A stretch of 64,000 bases of DNA from the human T2T-CHM13v2.0 reference genome, Homo sapiens: assembly GCF_009914755.1 (NCBI RefSeq), contig NC_060945.1; one strand, given 5' to 3'. Below the pieces are notes generated by a model that did no database searches, was not told the DNA's origin, and saw only the letters and a list, made by a program, of their open reading frames with translations. Of the stretch, positions 27,864-39,670 are shown piece by piece (position 1 is the stretch's first letter; the number at the start of each line of letters is the position of its first letter). The translations under genes and the position numbers were made by a program.

Positions 27864-28387
27864 AGCCGTGGTTTTTCTCCCGCCCCTCGTGACCAGTGAA
27901 CATGGCTTTTGCATGCAGTGAACATGACCAGGTTCCCAAGCTGGGAGGGGACAGGGCATGAATTTGTCAAGTTCCCTGAGTGCCTGTGGATGTGGGGGTG
28001 GAAACAGAACCATGTTGTTCTGATTTGCACCTTTGATGGCTGAGCCAAATGCTCATTCTATTTAGTATTACAGCCGTAATCTGTAGCAAAACGCTTAGCA
28101 TTATAAAGGAAAGATCAGAACCATTTCAAACCATGAGAGAAGACAAGACACCAAAGGAAGTCTGGGGTTCTTGACCAATGGAGCTCACCCTTGGGGCCTT
28201 CCAGCAAAAGATGCCTTCAGTTGCCCCGGGGCTTTACTCCCGACCCATGTGGTAGTTAGACCTCCCCGAAAGGAAACAGAGCATGAAAGAGAGAGGTGGC
28301 AGGGTCTTGGAAAAGAGACAGATCCGACAGTTTTCCATTTCAACTCACCCTTCTGATGAATATCCCAGATGGAGCCCCCAGATGAAA
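27864..28387 (-). mobile_element. Inverted 5' leader of the ERV1 provirus (last 5 bp of LTR, PBS, ~500 bp leader)
   Basis: Minus strand reads TTTCA-TC-TGGGGGCTCCATCTGGGAT...AAGGGTGAGT, i.e. LTR end, PBS, splice-donor-like motif, opposite to the gag/pol/LTR orientation. Confidence 0.8.
28362..28380 (-). promoter_or_regulatory. Retroviral primer-binding site, tRNA-Pro
   Basis: TGGGGGCTCCATCTGGGAT vs canonical TGGGGGCTCGTCCGGGAT: two CpG-decay changes and one extra C; 2 bp after LTR-type TTTCA. Confidence 0.8.
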
Positions 28388-29201
28388 TGGCCACGGCAAC
28401 GGCCACGACGGGCGGGGGAAAAACCACAGCTGCCACTGGGAGCCTGCACGGTTGGCTGGCTGGCGCTTGCTGCCCGGTGTGCCAGTGGAACTCTACTCTG
28501 GCCAAGGAATTCAGCTCTGTCTGAACAGAGGGGAAGCATACAATGATTAAGGAGACACATTTGCGCTGAGCAAGGGGTTCTTCCCCCAGGACCTTCCCCT
28601 TTTGTTCCTTAAACTGTTTTCTCTTGTTTTCCTTTTCCAAGAGGTTTTCTTCCCCAGCACGCTGCTTCTGTTAGGGAAGTTAATGGAGAAGCGACCCCTA
28701 CTGGCTGATAACTGCAAATTTAGCGGGGCTCATTTGAGATAGTTGATTCATGCAGCCACTTGAAATACTTTTGAGTCCCAAACTTGATTACAAGCTTCAG
28801 GCTGAGGCCCTAGAAAGGAAAACCAGATCTGAGGGATCCAAAGCCAGGCAATAGGCACAATGTAAATGGACAGGACCAATTCCTGCTGACCAAAGCCCCC
28901 ACCCCACGGAAACAGGCCATGCTCTGTGGCGTAAATGAGACCTAGGAAACTCAAAGGTTGTCAACAGCAGGGAAAGATGGAGGCGAAGGTAAGGTCAGAA
29001 AATTCCTGTTCTCTACGCTTTCCCTGTTTTATGGGTGCATGCTGCATTGGCACCCATGAGCAGTACCTGCCAAGGTCACCTGGACACAGGGATAAAAAGA
29101 TGGAAGAGAAAGGGAGGGCACTTGTTTTCTCTCTCCACACCCCGAGGTTCGCTGAAAGAAGGAAGGGAAGTGAGGGACGGCTCTATAGCCTATCTTTCGG
29201 A

Positions 29202-30399
29202 ATGAGTAACCAGCTCTCTTCACCACCCCCAGCTTGTACTCTTCTGGAATGTATTCTAAACCATTGGAACTGCTTTGACCCTCAGAATCTGGAGGAAAAA
29301 AAATGTCTCATAGTCCTCTGTACAAAGATTTGGCCAAATTATGATTTATAGCAAGGACTGGCTTGGCCTCAGGAAGGAACCATTTATTTCAATACCATCC
29401 TGCAATTGGACCTTTTCTGTAAACATGAGGACTAGTGGTCTGAGGACCCATATGTGCAGGCTTTCTATATCTTGCAGGGCAATCCTGATCTTTGCCAACA
29501 GTGTAGGATTGATCCAGCCCTCCTGTTTGCCACTTCGGGAGAGGCTACCAGGGGCAATCTCAAGCAACTAAAGAAAGAAACCCCAGAGGTTCCCCCAGAA
29601 GAGGAGCCAGCTCCCTCCAACCCTGCTCCTTCAGGTCCTCCCCAACTTCCCTATCCAGCTTCAGCCTCTCACATTTCCCCTCCAAGAAATTCTCACCCTA
29701 GACAAGCCCCAGTCTTACTCTTGCCTCTGCAACAAGTGCCTGGTGAATTTGGCCCCAGTAAGGTCCAGACCCCTTCTCTTTATAGGACTTAAAGCAAATT
29801 AAGGGGGCTATTGACAAGTTTGTAGAGGACCCTCACAGATATATAGAGGCTTTCCAGAATTTCACCCAAAGATCTGAACTCTCCTGGAGAGATATTATGT
29901 TACTTGTGAATCAGACTCTGATGCATACTGAGAAGCAAGCCACTTTGCAAGTGACAGGGAGATTTGGGGAGGAGCTTTGTATAACATATAGCATCAGGGA
30001 AGACGGTGAACATTATCTAACTGGTAGAGAAGCAGTACCAGTGAATGACCCTGGATGGGATCCCAATGATGAGATGAGAGACTGGAATAGGAGACACTTC
30101 TAGGTATGCATAATCGGGGTCTTAAGACCAGGATCAAGCCTCCCAATTATGCTAAATTGTCCATGATCGATCAGGGATTTGATGAAAATCCCACTGCCTT
30201 CTTGGAATGGCTAAGAGAAGGCTTGGTAATGCACACCTCTCTGTCTCCTGATTCCATCGAGGGACAACTAATCTTAAAGAATAAGTTTATTATTCAGGCA
30301 GCCCCTGATATCAGGAGGAAGTTGAGGGAACAGGCCCTGGGACCAGATAGTACTTTAGAGAACCTTCTGAAAGTGGTCACCTCGGTCTTTTATAGTAGG
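29202..30399 (+). pseudogene. gag: ERV gag remnant (matrix, proline-rich, capsid), with stops and frameshifts
   Basis: MSNQLSSPPPACTLLECILNHWNCFDPQNL...WPQEGTIYFNTILQLDLFC...PYVQAF and KLSMIDQGFDENPTAFLEWLREGL...FIIQAAPDIRRKL, characteristic of HERV9/HERV-W-type Gag. Confidence 0.9.
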
Positions 30400-30548
30400 T
30401 CACTGGAATGGATTCTTGAATTTATTATACCCAAGTAAAGGCCTGGGAAATGGATGGAGCCACTTCTGTCAACCCAGAAGAGTACCCAAAGTACCAACGT
30501 GAAGAGATCAGGGACCTCGAGCTAAAAATCACAAAAGATAAGTGTTAA
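30399..30548 (+). pseudogene. pol: C-terminal tail of ERV pol integrase
   Basis: Translates VTGMDS*IYYTQVKAW...LELKITKDKC*, matching the integrase C-terminal V.G..SWIH.T.VKAW motif. Confidence 0.7.
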
Positions 30549-30561
30549 TAATTAACCTTCC

Positions 30562-30873
30562 ATGGACATCCTCTATATAGTCTTGGCTATGCTTGCTGTT
30601 CTTACCTTTGTTCTGTTCTGTATCACGGGGCACGACAGTGTTTTCAGAATAATTAATATATTTCACTTCTTATTTCTGTAATTGTTGGCACTAAATTCTT
30701 TCCTTGTCCAAGACGCATGTTTAACCTATGCATACGTAACTTTATAAAAATTTGTTTTGTTTCTTCTCTCACACCGAGAGGCTATCGAACTCCAAACGGT
30801 CAGGTAACCGGAGCCTCGGACAATGGCTCCCCTTTGCCAAGAACCCTTAGGTAGAACTCTGGAAGGAATCTGA
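30562..30873 (+). pseudogene. env: ERV env remnants (signal-peptide-like start and TM cytoplasmic tail only)
   Basis: MDILYIVLAMLAVLTFVLFC hydrophobic start; later REAIELQTVR*PEPRTM...EPLGR resembles the IEAVKLQ...PLDRP tail of HERV-W/ERV9 Env. Confidence 0.55.
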
Positions 30874-30979
30874 CTTCCCTTTTCCCCAAAACAACGTTCC
30901 CTGTCAACATGAAGTAGCTAAGACCGGTCGTTGTCTATATTCTAACAGCAGTTAGGTGTGCCTCTTCAGAGGGAGGAAA

Positions 30980-31632
30980 TGATACGGGAGGAGGGCAGGG
31001 AAGTGCTGGGTAGAGAAGGTAAGAGTCTCTGGTGAGAGCGCCACCCTCGGGCCTGTGCCTGCGGACCTAAGTGAAGACAGGCACTCCTGTTTTCACGTCT
31101 GAATGTTGCATTTTCCAAGACCACTCTGGCCTGCCAAGCGCCCCATACTGTGCCGGTATAAACCCGAGACCTTAGCAGGCATACACACAAGTGACTGAAC
31201 ACCAAGAGGAGCAGAGGAACAGAGCATCAGGGAATGGCAAACAGTGGCAGAGGAAGGAGAGAAGAAGTGTTTGAAGGTCGAGGGAAGTTCAGCCATTCTT
31301 GAGGAAGATTATCTCCCCGCAACTCCACCTTCCCACTCCAGATCCCTAAAGCCACCTCCACTACTTAATAAAGTCTCCACATTCATCACCTTTCAAACAG
31401 TTCATGTGAGCTGAGTCGTCCAGGATGCTGGACAAAAATCTGGGCGGGAGGTGGTTAATACTTACCCACCCGCGGGCAGCAAGGCTTGAAACACACACCT
31501 ACTTGGGCTTTGGCATCTATCCATCTGCATACTCCCCCTTCCCTCAGGGTTTGAGATTCAGGGCAACCCAACAGGTGAGCCACACCCCTGTTGCACGTCC
31601 TGTGAGGGGAATCTGGGAACTCTACCAGTTCA
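30980..31632 (+). mobile_element. 3' LTR of the ERV1 provirus (LTR27/LTR1/MER50-related)
   Basis: TGATACGGGAGGAGGGCAGGGAAGTGCTGGG start after PPT, TATAAA near 31157, AATAAA near 31367, end GGGAACTCTACCAGTTCA. Confidence 0.88.
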
Positions 31633-32149
31633 TTATGCATATTTTAAATCAAATAGCTCAGCTATTGAATTAAATTAAATGACACATGTTTTGGGTTGTA
31701 TTTATTAGTGTTAAATTTTAATTTTTTGATCTCAAGGACAATTTGTTATATATTTTTTAATATATTGATTATGGAAATGCTGAATTAGCTGATTTATTTT
31801 CAATGTTAATTAATATGATCGATGTCAAACTATCTACTGATGGTCTCCGCCATTTTTGGAAGACAAATCTAACCCTCTAAAACTTAATAGGTAGATATTT
31901 TAATTACAAAAAAATCCATATTACTGTCTAAACAATAGATAGACCACAACTGGAGTATTTTGCTGTATTAGAAGCAATTTCAGTTTATGATCTTACTAAA
32001 GAAAAATAACCTATTGCTAGGATTTAAGCTGTAAAAGTGCAACATATACTTATCTCTATTTAATGATCATTAATTTTATAAATAATATTTATATTAAAAT
32101 GTAAGCCATGATGTTTAAATTTAAATAAAGAAAGAAACTATATTACTGG

Positions 32150-32704
32150 TATACTAGTTAGGGTTCTCTAGAGGAACAGAACTAATAGGATATATGTATA
32201 TGTGAAAGGGAGTTTATTAAGGAGAATTGACTCACATGATCACAAAGTACAGTCCCATGATATGTCATCTGAAAGTTGAAGAGCAAAAAAGCCAGTGATG
32301 GATCAGTACAAGTCCCAAAACCTTAAAAGTAGGGAAGCCAACAGTGCAGCCTTCAGTCTGTGGCCAAAGGTCCAAGAGTTTCTGGCAAACCACTAGTGTA
32401 AGGCAAAGAGTCCTAAAGCTGAAGAACTTGGAGTCTGATGTTCAAAGGCAAGAAACATCCAGCATGAGAGAAAGATGAAGGCCAGAAGATTCAATAAGCC
32501 TGTTCTTTCATCTTCTCCTGCCTGCTTTTTTCTAGCGATGCTGGCAGCTGATTAGATGACGCCCACCCAGATTGAGGGTGGGTCTGCCTCTTCCAGTCCA
32601 TTGACTTAAATGTTAATCTCCTTTGGCAACACCCTCACAGACCCAGGAACAATACTTTGCATCTCTCAATCCAATCAAGTTGATGCTCAATATTAACCAT
32701 CACA
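32150..32704 (-). mobile_element. MLT2A2-like HERV-L solo LTR
   Basis: AGGGTTCTCTAGAGG...TCAATCCAATCAAGTTG...TATTAACCATCACA; perfect 5-bp TSD ACTGG (32145-32149, 32705-32709). Confidence 0.92.
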
Positions 32705-33347
32705 ACTGGGGTTTATGTAATACGTAGAATATTTGATCGTTTAGGCTGCTGACAGAATTTGTGCTGTGTCAGAATCCGATCAATCAATTAACTGGGAAAA
32801 GAAATAACAAATTTTGCAAAAATTTTAAAAATAATAATTCATAATCAAATAAATCATATCCCAATCTTGTTTTCCTTAGAATAATAAAATATATGGCATT
32901 CTTGGTATCAGTTTCCTATTTGTGAAATATGGAGGTAGGTTAATTTAGTACTTCAATTTCTTTTATTTTCAATATCCTTATTCCAAAGTGTATGAGGTTA
33001 TATTTATAATCATTAAAAATGAAAACAGTTTGAAATTGTTATATATAAATATGTAATATATAATATATGACATCACACATTAAATGTAAAATTTAAAATG
33101 TATCAATCATTTTATAAATAAAATTATATGTTTCACTATGACAGAGTACAGGAAGCCTTAGAAGATTTTTCACTAAATTAAAAATACTGGTTTTTTAGAT
33201 ATTTTATTATTCAACACTAAATTCATATTTCATGGGTTGCCTTATAGTGAGCAATTATTGTCTAAGTGCATAGCCAATCAGGTTTCCGCCAGCATGAACA
33301 TCATGAGTGAATGTATGCAAGTTAACACTGATTGATGGTTCCCTAAA

Positions 33348-33555
33348 GCAAGGATTGACTAACTATGGCTAGTATAAGCCAGATCATGTCTGATCCCTGG
33401 TTTTGTAAATCAAGTTTTATTGAAACTTGATTCAACACGCCCAGTTACATGCCTATTATCTCAGATGCCTTTCACACTACAATGGCAAAATTGTAGTAGT
33501 TGCAACAGACCATATTGCCTGCAAAGCCCATTATATAAAATAGTTGTCAACTCCT
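33348..33555 (+). mobile_element. MER58A-like hAT-Charlie element
   Basis: TTTTGTAAATCAAGTTTTATTG...TTTCACACTACAATGGCA...GTAGTTGCAACAGACCATA...CCTGCAAAGCC. Confidence 0.75.
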
Positions 33556-34884
33556 TTGAGAGTAATGAAGAACTAAACAAACACAGAAAACAGTAACATT
33601 GAACAACAATAAGTAAAATGCCAGAGTGAGTATGAGTAACAAACAGAAATTGAGAAATGAATAAGAATGTGCATTTTGTACAAAGCGTTTTTCTGAATTG
33701 AGTAAATTAAGTAGATTTCACCTGTAGAGTTACATAAATAAAAATTAAATATAAATATGTGTGTAATATCAATTTAATAAACAGTCTGGGTCTATGAGCT
33801 TTTTCCCATTGTCCATGAGCTGGAACAAGCTTAGAGTGAAATAGTTGCAGAACTATCCATGAGGCTTGATGGTTAAACACTATGGCCAACACACAAGTGG
33901 TTGTCTACATCAAATGTACACAAATGAGTTCTAAACCTAAATGACTGACATGGTATCTCTGAAATCATTAAATTATTTAAAACCGTGTAAGCCCCAAGAA
34001 CTTTATAACTGTAAATGTCAAGAAAGGTCCCTGGCAATAGTTGTGGGTTCTTTAGGGCTTTTAATGACTTTTCATCAAGGGCAGCTCAACCTCAACAAGT
34101 AAGGTCTTCCGTTGCTGAACAGAAGCAACAGTTTCTGTTGTTTTAATTAACCCCATTGGTTTTTATTATAGATCCCTTGACAACAGTTTGATTTAGGAGT
34201 TGCACAGGGCCTAGCCTTGAGGATCCAGTGTCCACACTATTGGCATCCTTTCTTAAGTAAGAGGAAGAAATTTGAAGCTAATAGACTCCAATGAGACCTA
34301 CTGTGAGTTCATTCTGTAATCTATTTACATTATTTTGTTTATATTTATATTATACTATTTATTATTTTTATTATATCTGCATAAATTATATATTATATAT
34401 AAATTATATATATAATTTATTATTACATTTTAATTATATTATTTCCTTTCTTCTATATTGGGAATCTAATAACGAATGATATCCTGTAAAGTTACTCTTA
34501 TTGAAAGGCCACATTAGTTTGCGTTTCTACATTTTTTATTAACTGTCAATTCTATTTGTGAAGTCCAAACTATGAATAACAAAGCATAAATCAGTAGAGA
34601 AAAGCGAAAAGGGTTCATCCCCTTCCACAATCCAGTACATACTGTGACCCAGGGAAAGGCAGTGATTATTCTTTAAAAATTTAGTGGTCCTATCAGATGA
34701 GACGATAATACTTATTTCATGATTTCTGAATAGTCTTTTGCCTTGACCACCTATAATATATGAGAAAAAAGAAAATAATAAGGAAAAGAATAGGTTAAAA
34801 CATGGAAAATGATTTGCTTTTTAGTGGAATTGACATATCATTTTTATGCAAATGTGTCTTCCCTCTTTCTATTCTGTGAGCTAT

Positions 34885-35064
34885 TTCTCTCACAAAAAGA
34901 TTTTTAGACTAATTGTTGTATCTGCCACTTGCTAAATCTGTTTTCTAAATTACAAATTCAGCCTTCGCTGCGGGTGTACTGCCAGCCCCTTCTTTCACAA
35001 AAGATCTTTGTACTAATTGTTTTATCTGCTGCTGGCTAAATCTGTTTGCTAAATATACCTTTCA
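34885..35064. repeat. Imperfect direct duplication of a ~75-bp unit
   Basis: 34885-34960 and 34990-35064 share TTCT.TCACAAAA.GAT...ACTAATTGTT.TATCTGC...GCTAAATCTGTTT.CTAAAT. Confidence 0.85.
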
Positions 35065-36831
35065 TTGAAATAACAACAAAACCTACTCAGGAAGCAATTA
35101 GCAGGTATGGACATTTTTTTGAAAAAAAGCGGAGCTTATATACTTTAGATTGTGTAGGAGGGCCTGAAAGATAGATGTACAAATCATGTATCAGTCAAGG
35201 GATTACAGGACTTTAAGAAGGACATAATGTTACTTCACAAATGTGTTTTCCAAGAGTTTACAAAAGTAGGTCTTGATACTCATGTGCCTAAAACCATGTA
35301 AGTATGATATGAGACTTTTTATGTGCTATTATCAAAAATAAAATTTTAAAATATGTGTTCTGAATCTTAAATAATGTTTTGCCAAGGTTTTAAGTTTTCA
35401 TGGATTTTCTTCTCTAAATCTTAATTAAAATTTGCTGAATATACTATAGTTTTGCCTCAGAAACAGACATATAAAGCACTATGCTTCTAATGGTTAAAAA
35501 AGACATAAAATAAACCAAAGGAAAAATGAGCTTTTATTATCATTATGGTATATTACCATGTTGAATTTTAAATTTATGAACTAATATCAATTTTCTCTCT
35601 TTAAAAATAATATGCATAAAATTTTTCCTTCTTAATTGGTTTAAAATCTCAGGAAAACAATCAATACCAACATACTGAAAAAAATTTAGGGGATTGCTGA
35701 ATATATGTGAAGCAAATTTTATATAGTTTGAAAATGAGTCTCTCATTTCTGCCACAGGCACAGTTGAGGTTGTGAGTTAACCATGTGATTTACTCGATTA
35801 TGTTGATACTTCTGTAGTGTTTCGTGTAATGAAATTTGCAAATAATGTGAATTTTCTCATTCCAACTGCATTTTACTAATAGCAGAAAATTTTCTAAATT
35901 TCAAGATAAAAACAGACTTCTAATGTGCTAGATTCTCTTTCCCAGTGGAAATTTGTTCAAAATGTTGTTTTAGATTTGCTTACAATGTTGTTTTAAACCT
36001 GTTTAAAATTTTAAAACCATATGGACAATGGTTTTACTCTTAGACTTTTAAACAATACGGTTTTATCATGGATTCCCAAAGTATGGTGACAACTTCTATC
36101 ACAAAATAGTCTATATCTAAATAGAAACTGATAAAAATGGAATAAAACTTTCTCTATTAGAGTGTATTTGCTTGTAGCATGTTTGGCAACATAAATGGTA
36201 GAAATATAAGTTAATCAGTGAATATTAATTTTAAACTACTTATTATATATCCGTGTTTTGGGTTATATAAAGAAGAAATATGTCTATTATTTCGGAAACA
36301 ATATCAATAAATAGTTATGGTGGACAGATTAACAATAAATCTGGCCCTGAATGGTACTAGAAACGTGAATATTTTATTGATGCTCAGGAAAAGAAAGGCA
36401 GTATAAATAACAATGTTTTAATTTTACTTCTGATGAAATATCTGAAAATGGTAATTATTTAACTTAGAGCAATCAAAATAAGAATATTGCTTACTCCGCA
36501 ATATTCTCCATTGCAATTTTAGAAGATCAAATAAACACAAACACACTTACATGTGTATGAGTATATACATACATATAATTTTCCACCTAATTTGCATTTT
36601 ACTAAAATATAAATAAATATTTTTAAACATGATATTCTATACACAAATGCTAATTTAAAAATAAATGACAGAATTGAAATGTAGTTTTTACTTGTGAATT
36701 AAAATATAAACTGTTTAATATTATTAGTAAAATATTATTGTTCCTGTTTTTTATTGAGCATACAATGATGCAGCTTTGATTTATTTAATATTCTTTTGTT
36801 TTGCTGATTTTTATCTGTATATATTATTGAA

Positions 36832-37124
36832 TTTTTTTTTTTTGAAACAGAGTCTTACTCTGTTACCCACGCTGGATTACAGTGGCTCCATCTCAGCTCA
36901 CTGCAACCTACACCTCCTGGGTTCAAGGGATTCTCTTGCCTCTGCCTCCTGAGTAGGTAGGATTACAGGCGTGCATCACCACACCTGGCTAATTTTTGTA
37001 TTTTTAGTAGAGACAGGTTTTACCATATTGTCCAGGCTGATCTCAATCTCCTGACCACAGGTGATCTGCCTACTTCGGCCTCCCAAAGTACTGGGATTGC
37101 AGGCATGAGCCACCATGCCCGACC
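36832..37124 (-). mobile_element. AluS (Sx/Sz-like)
   Basis: Antisense full-length dimer with poly-T. Confidence 0.93.
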
Positions 37125-37729
37125 AAGACATTGATTTTTTTATTAAATTACCCTTACCAGGACTTAAGGATGCCATTTTGTCATTTATTCTAAATAACAA
37201 GAATAATTGTATGCACAATTTGTTGCTCCTCAGTATTTATTTTTATTGATATAAAATTTTTACTTTTCTCATTAAACTAAAGTGAATTCAATAATTAGAG
37301 TATATAGTTATGAACATATTATCAATATTGCTTTTATGTGTATTTATAATGTATTAAATATTAAGTCATAAAATAAGTCCCTAAAAATCTTTTTATTCCA
37401 AATGTTTAGTGTAAAATATATTTTAATTTTCACCTGCTCTACCATCAGTTTAGTAAAACCACTACCTAGAAAAACACAGGGACTCAATGTTTGGCACATC
37501 TCATTGCCTTGTATTTTTTTTTCTTTTTTTGGTTTGGTTTTGTGTCGTCTTCCATTCACGTGCTCTGTTTGAAATTCTTTCCTCCTTTGTAATCTGTAAT
37601 AGAATCTTTCAGTTGATTTTTATTCTAAACTGATAACAAACTGGATTTCAGTTTCATTTGTGAAGTATTCACATCCTAAATATAAATGTTTTTTAAGTTG
37701 TCTCATTAAAAAAATCATTTTAAAGCTAT

Positions 37730-37930
37730 CCCCTAGAAATCACATACTCTAAGATTTTTCTGTACAGATGCTTATATAGTCTAAGTCTTCTGTATTTTTG
37801 CTCATGTCTCTGTAATCAAGTCCCATATTAGCAATAGCCTGTAGGAATATTCACATGCTTACTTTAAACTTAACATGCTCAAAATAGAAACTACAGTCAT
37901 TTCTTCAACAACAGCTCCTATAGACGTACT
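37730..37930 (+). mobile_element. L2 fragment
   Basis: AAACTTAACATGCTCAAAATAGAA resembles L2 3' region. Confidence 0.4.
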
Positions 37931-38229
37931 TATTGAAGTCATCACTAGCATTAACATATAAATCCATCTTTCTGTCTGATGGTTGCAGCATTTAGATAAT
38001 TTCAAGGTCTGGATGTGCTGACTACTTTATCTTTTAACAATGGCTATTTTTTCTAACTTTTTTATGTAACACATCTTAGATTTTAGAATGAAAATTATGT
38101 GCAAATGAACAGTGGAGAATGAGGTAAACATTTATGTTTTGAAATGGGTCTGTCCTTTCTTTTGTCAAGTCGTAATTGTAAAGTATTTAGTCACTGTTGT
38201 CAGGAGTTGAGTTGGGTTTGGGTTTTGTT

Positions 38230-39462
38230 GTGGCTACATTTATTACCTTTATACTGAGATGTCAATTTCCTTTCATCTTGGTCAGCTGGTACCATATACT
38301 GGATGTGGGGTCTGGGGTGCTGAAGAGATTTTTGTGTTCCTAATCTACTTTCCGCTTTCCGTAATTTCTGAACAAGCCTGTGCCACAGAGAGTGTTTATA
38401 TATCATTTTGTCCCTTCCACAATAAACAGTAGACTGTCATTTCTGTTAATGGGTGCAGGTGTCAAAGTGGAGGTAGGGTTGGTTCTGTCTTCCACTTCGT
38501 CAGCCTCATTGACTTGGCCTTTACAAATGGAGCTTTTTCAGTGTGACTTATGACAGCCATTATCTGCCTTGTGTCTGAGAGAGCCTTGGGCAGGAACAGT
38601 TTTCACAACTTACCATGACAATACTGATCTCGCTTTGAATCAGTGCTTTGAATCAATCAACCCCAGTAGGCTTCTTGCTCTCCACCAGAGACTGCCAGGT
38701 TTTGGGTCTATTCCTCCCTCAGAGGCAGTGCACCATTGCCTGAGACTAGGTCCAAGATGGTAGTATCCTGCTTCTTTCCCAGTGATATTGCTTATTTGTT
38801 TGTGCAAAGCTTGTTGTGACAGCAGAGGTAGTTTGTTATCTCTTCCCCCAGAGGTAGATTGCTTCTACTTCTACCTAGAGGCAGTGGACTTATTCTACAA
38901 CGCTGGGAGCAGAACTGTTTCCTGCCCATAATGGAGCTGTTTATGGCGTTTACTTTTCTGAGAGAAAAGTTCCAGAACATGGTCAGGGCTTCATGTCACT
39001 GTCCACGTTTGTCAGTTTTGTGCCTTTGTCCAACCAAAGGTTCCTCTCTCAGCTCTTTGCCCTGCATGTAGTTTATCTCATGAGTATCTAGAGGTGAAAA
39101 AGACCTCACAAGTTAGTGTAAACTCCATTATGTCTGAGGCTCCCACTACGCTCTCTTACTTGACAACATTTGACCCTGAAGAATTTGTAAAGTTTTCATT
39201 GTTTTCTTCTTTCACATTTCTAGAGCATGAAACTCTAAAGAAAGAAACACAAAGTCCTTGGTACCATGCTCCACCTTGTGTTTCTTGGAGAGGCTTGGCA
39301 CCTTGGTTCACCTGGTAACCTTGGAACCACAGCTTCCTGATTGATGCACTTGAGAAATGTTAGGATTCTGTTGACTACCCTGTTGCCTTTTGTTTGTTTG
39401 TTTGCTTTAGGGTGGAAGCAATGTCTACTTGCGGCTTTCCACCTTCTAAGTGGAAGCAGAAC
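38230..39462 (-). mobile_element. Ancient L1 (L1MC/MD-type) 5'UTR
   Basis: Ends TAGGGTGGAAGCAATG...GCTTTCCACCTTCTAAGTGGAAGCAGAA, resembling the antisense 5' terminus of L1MCa/MDa-type elements; left boundary uncertain. Confidence 0.5.
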
Positions 39463-39670
39463 TTGGTTGCAAGTAATTCATTTAGGAGGTAATTCCTGCA
39501 AACAATGTTGAGTGAATGGGAAAGTGAGCAGCCGGTGGAAGGCAATGCAAATTGCATCAGAGAATAGGTTGTAACTGTATAACTAGAAACCTCTGGGAGA
39601 CTGTGTAGTGCTTGTCTCAGAGCTTTCTTACCTGAAAATAAAAAAGCTGGGGTACTCATCCACTTAGTAT
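39463..39670 (-). mobile_element. LTR33-like ERVL LTR fragment
   Basis: GCAAGTAATTCATTTAGGAGGT...CTCTGGGAGACTGTGTAG...CTCAGAG...AAGCTGGGGTA. Confidence 0.7.

Larger units (their letters stand above)
28388..30979 (+). mobile_element. ERV1 (gammaretrovirus-like, HUERS-P/MER52-related) internal region, heavily deleted
   Basis: Leader, gag, integrase tail, env remnants and polypurine tract AGAGGGAGGAAA (30968-30979) directly before the LTR. Confidence 0.88.

Noticed and set aside
28185-28640. 151-aa minus-strand ORF
   Set aside because: Crosses the ERV inversion junction in non-coding leader; no recognisable protein motif.
29202-30873. Possible domesticated gag or syncytin-like env
   Set aside because: gag has several in-frame stops and frameshifts; env is reduced to short ends with stops.
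27864-31632. ERV as an L1-mediated processed copy with twin-priming inversion
   Set aside because: The 3' LTR extends ~260 bp past its AATAAA to a normal CA end and has no poly(A) tail, unlike an mRNA-derived copy.
33780-34260. Possible very old ERVL/LTR internal fragment
   Set aside because: Only a vague resemblance; no motif I can support.
34320-34445. AT-rich quasi-palindromic tract and Tyr/Ile-rich ORF
   Set aside because: Low-complexity sequence; ORF is a compositional artefact.
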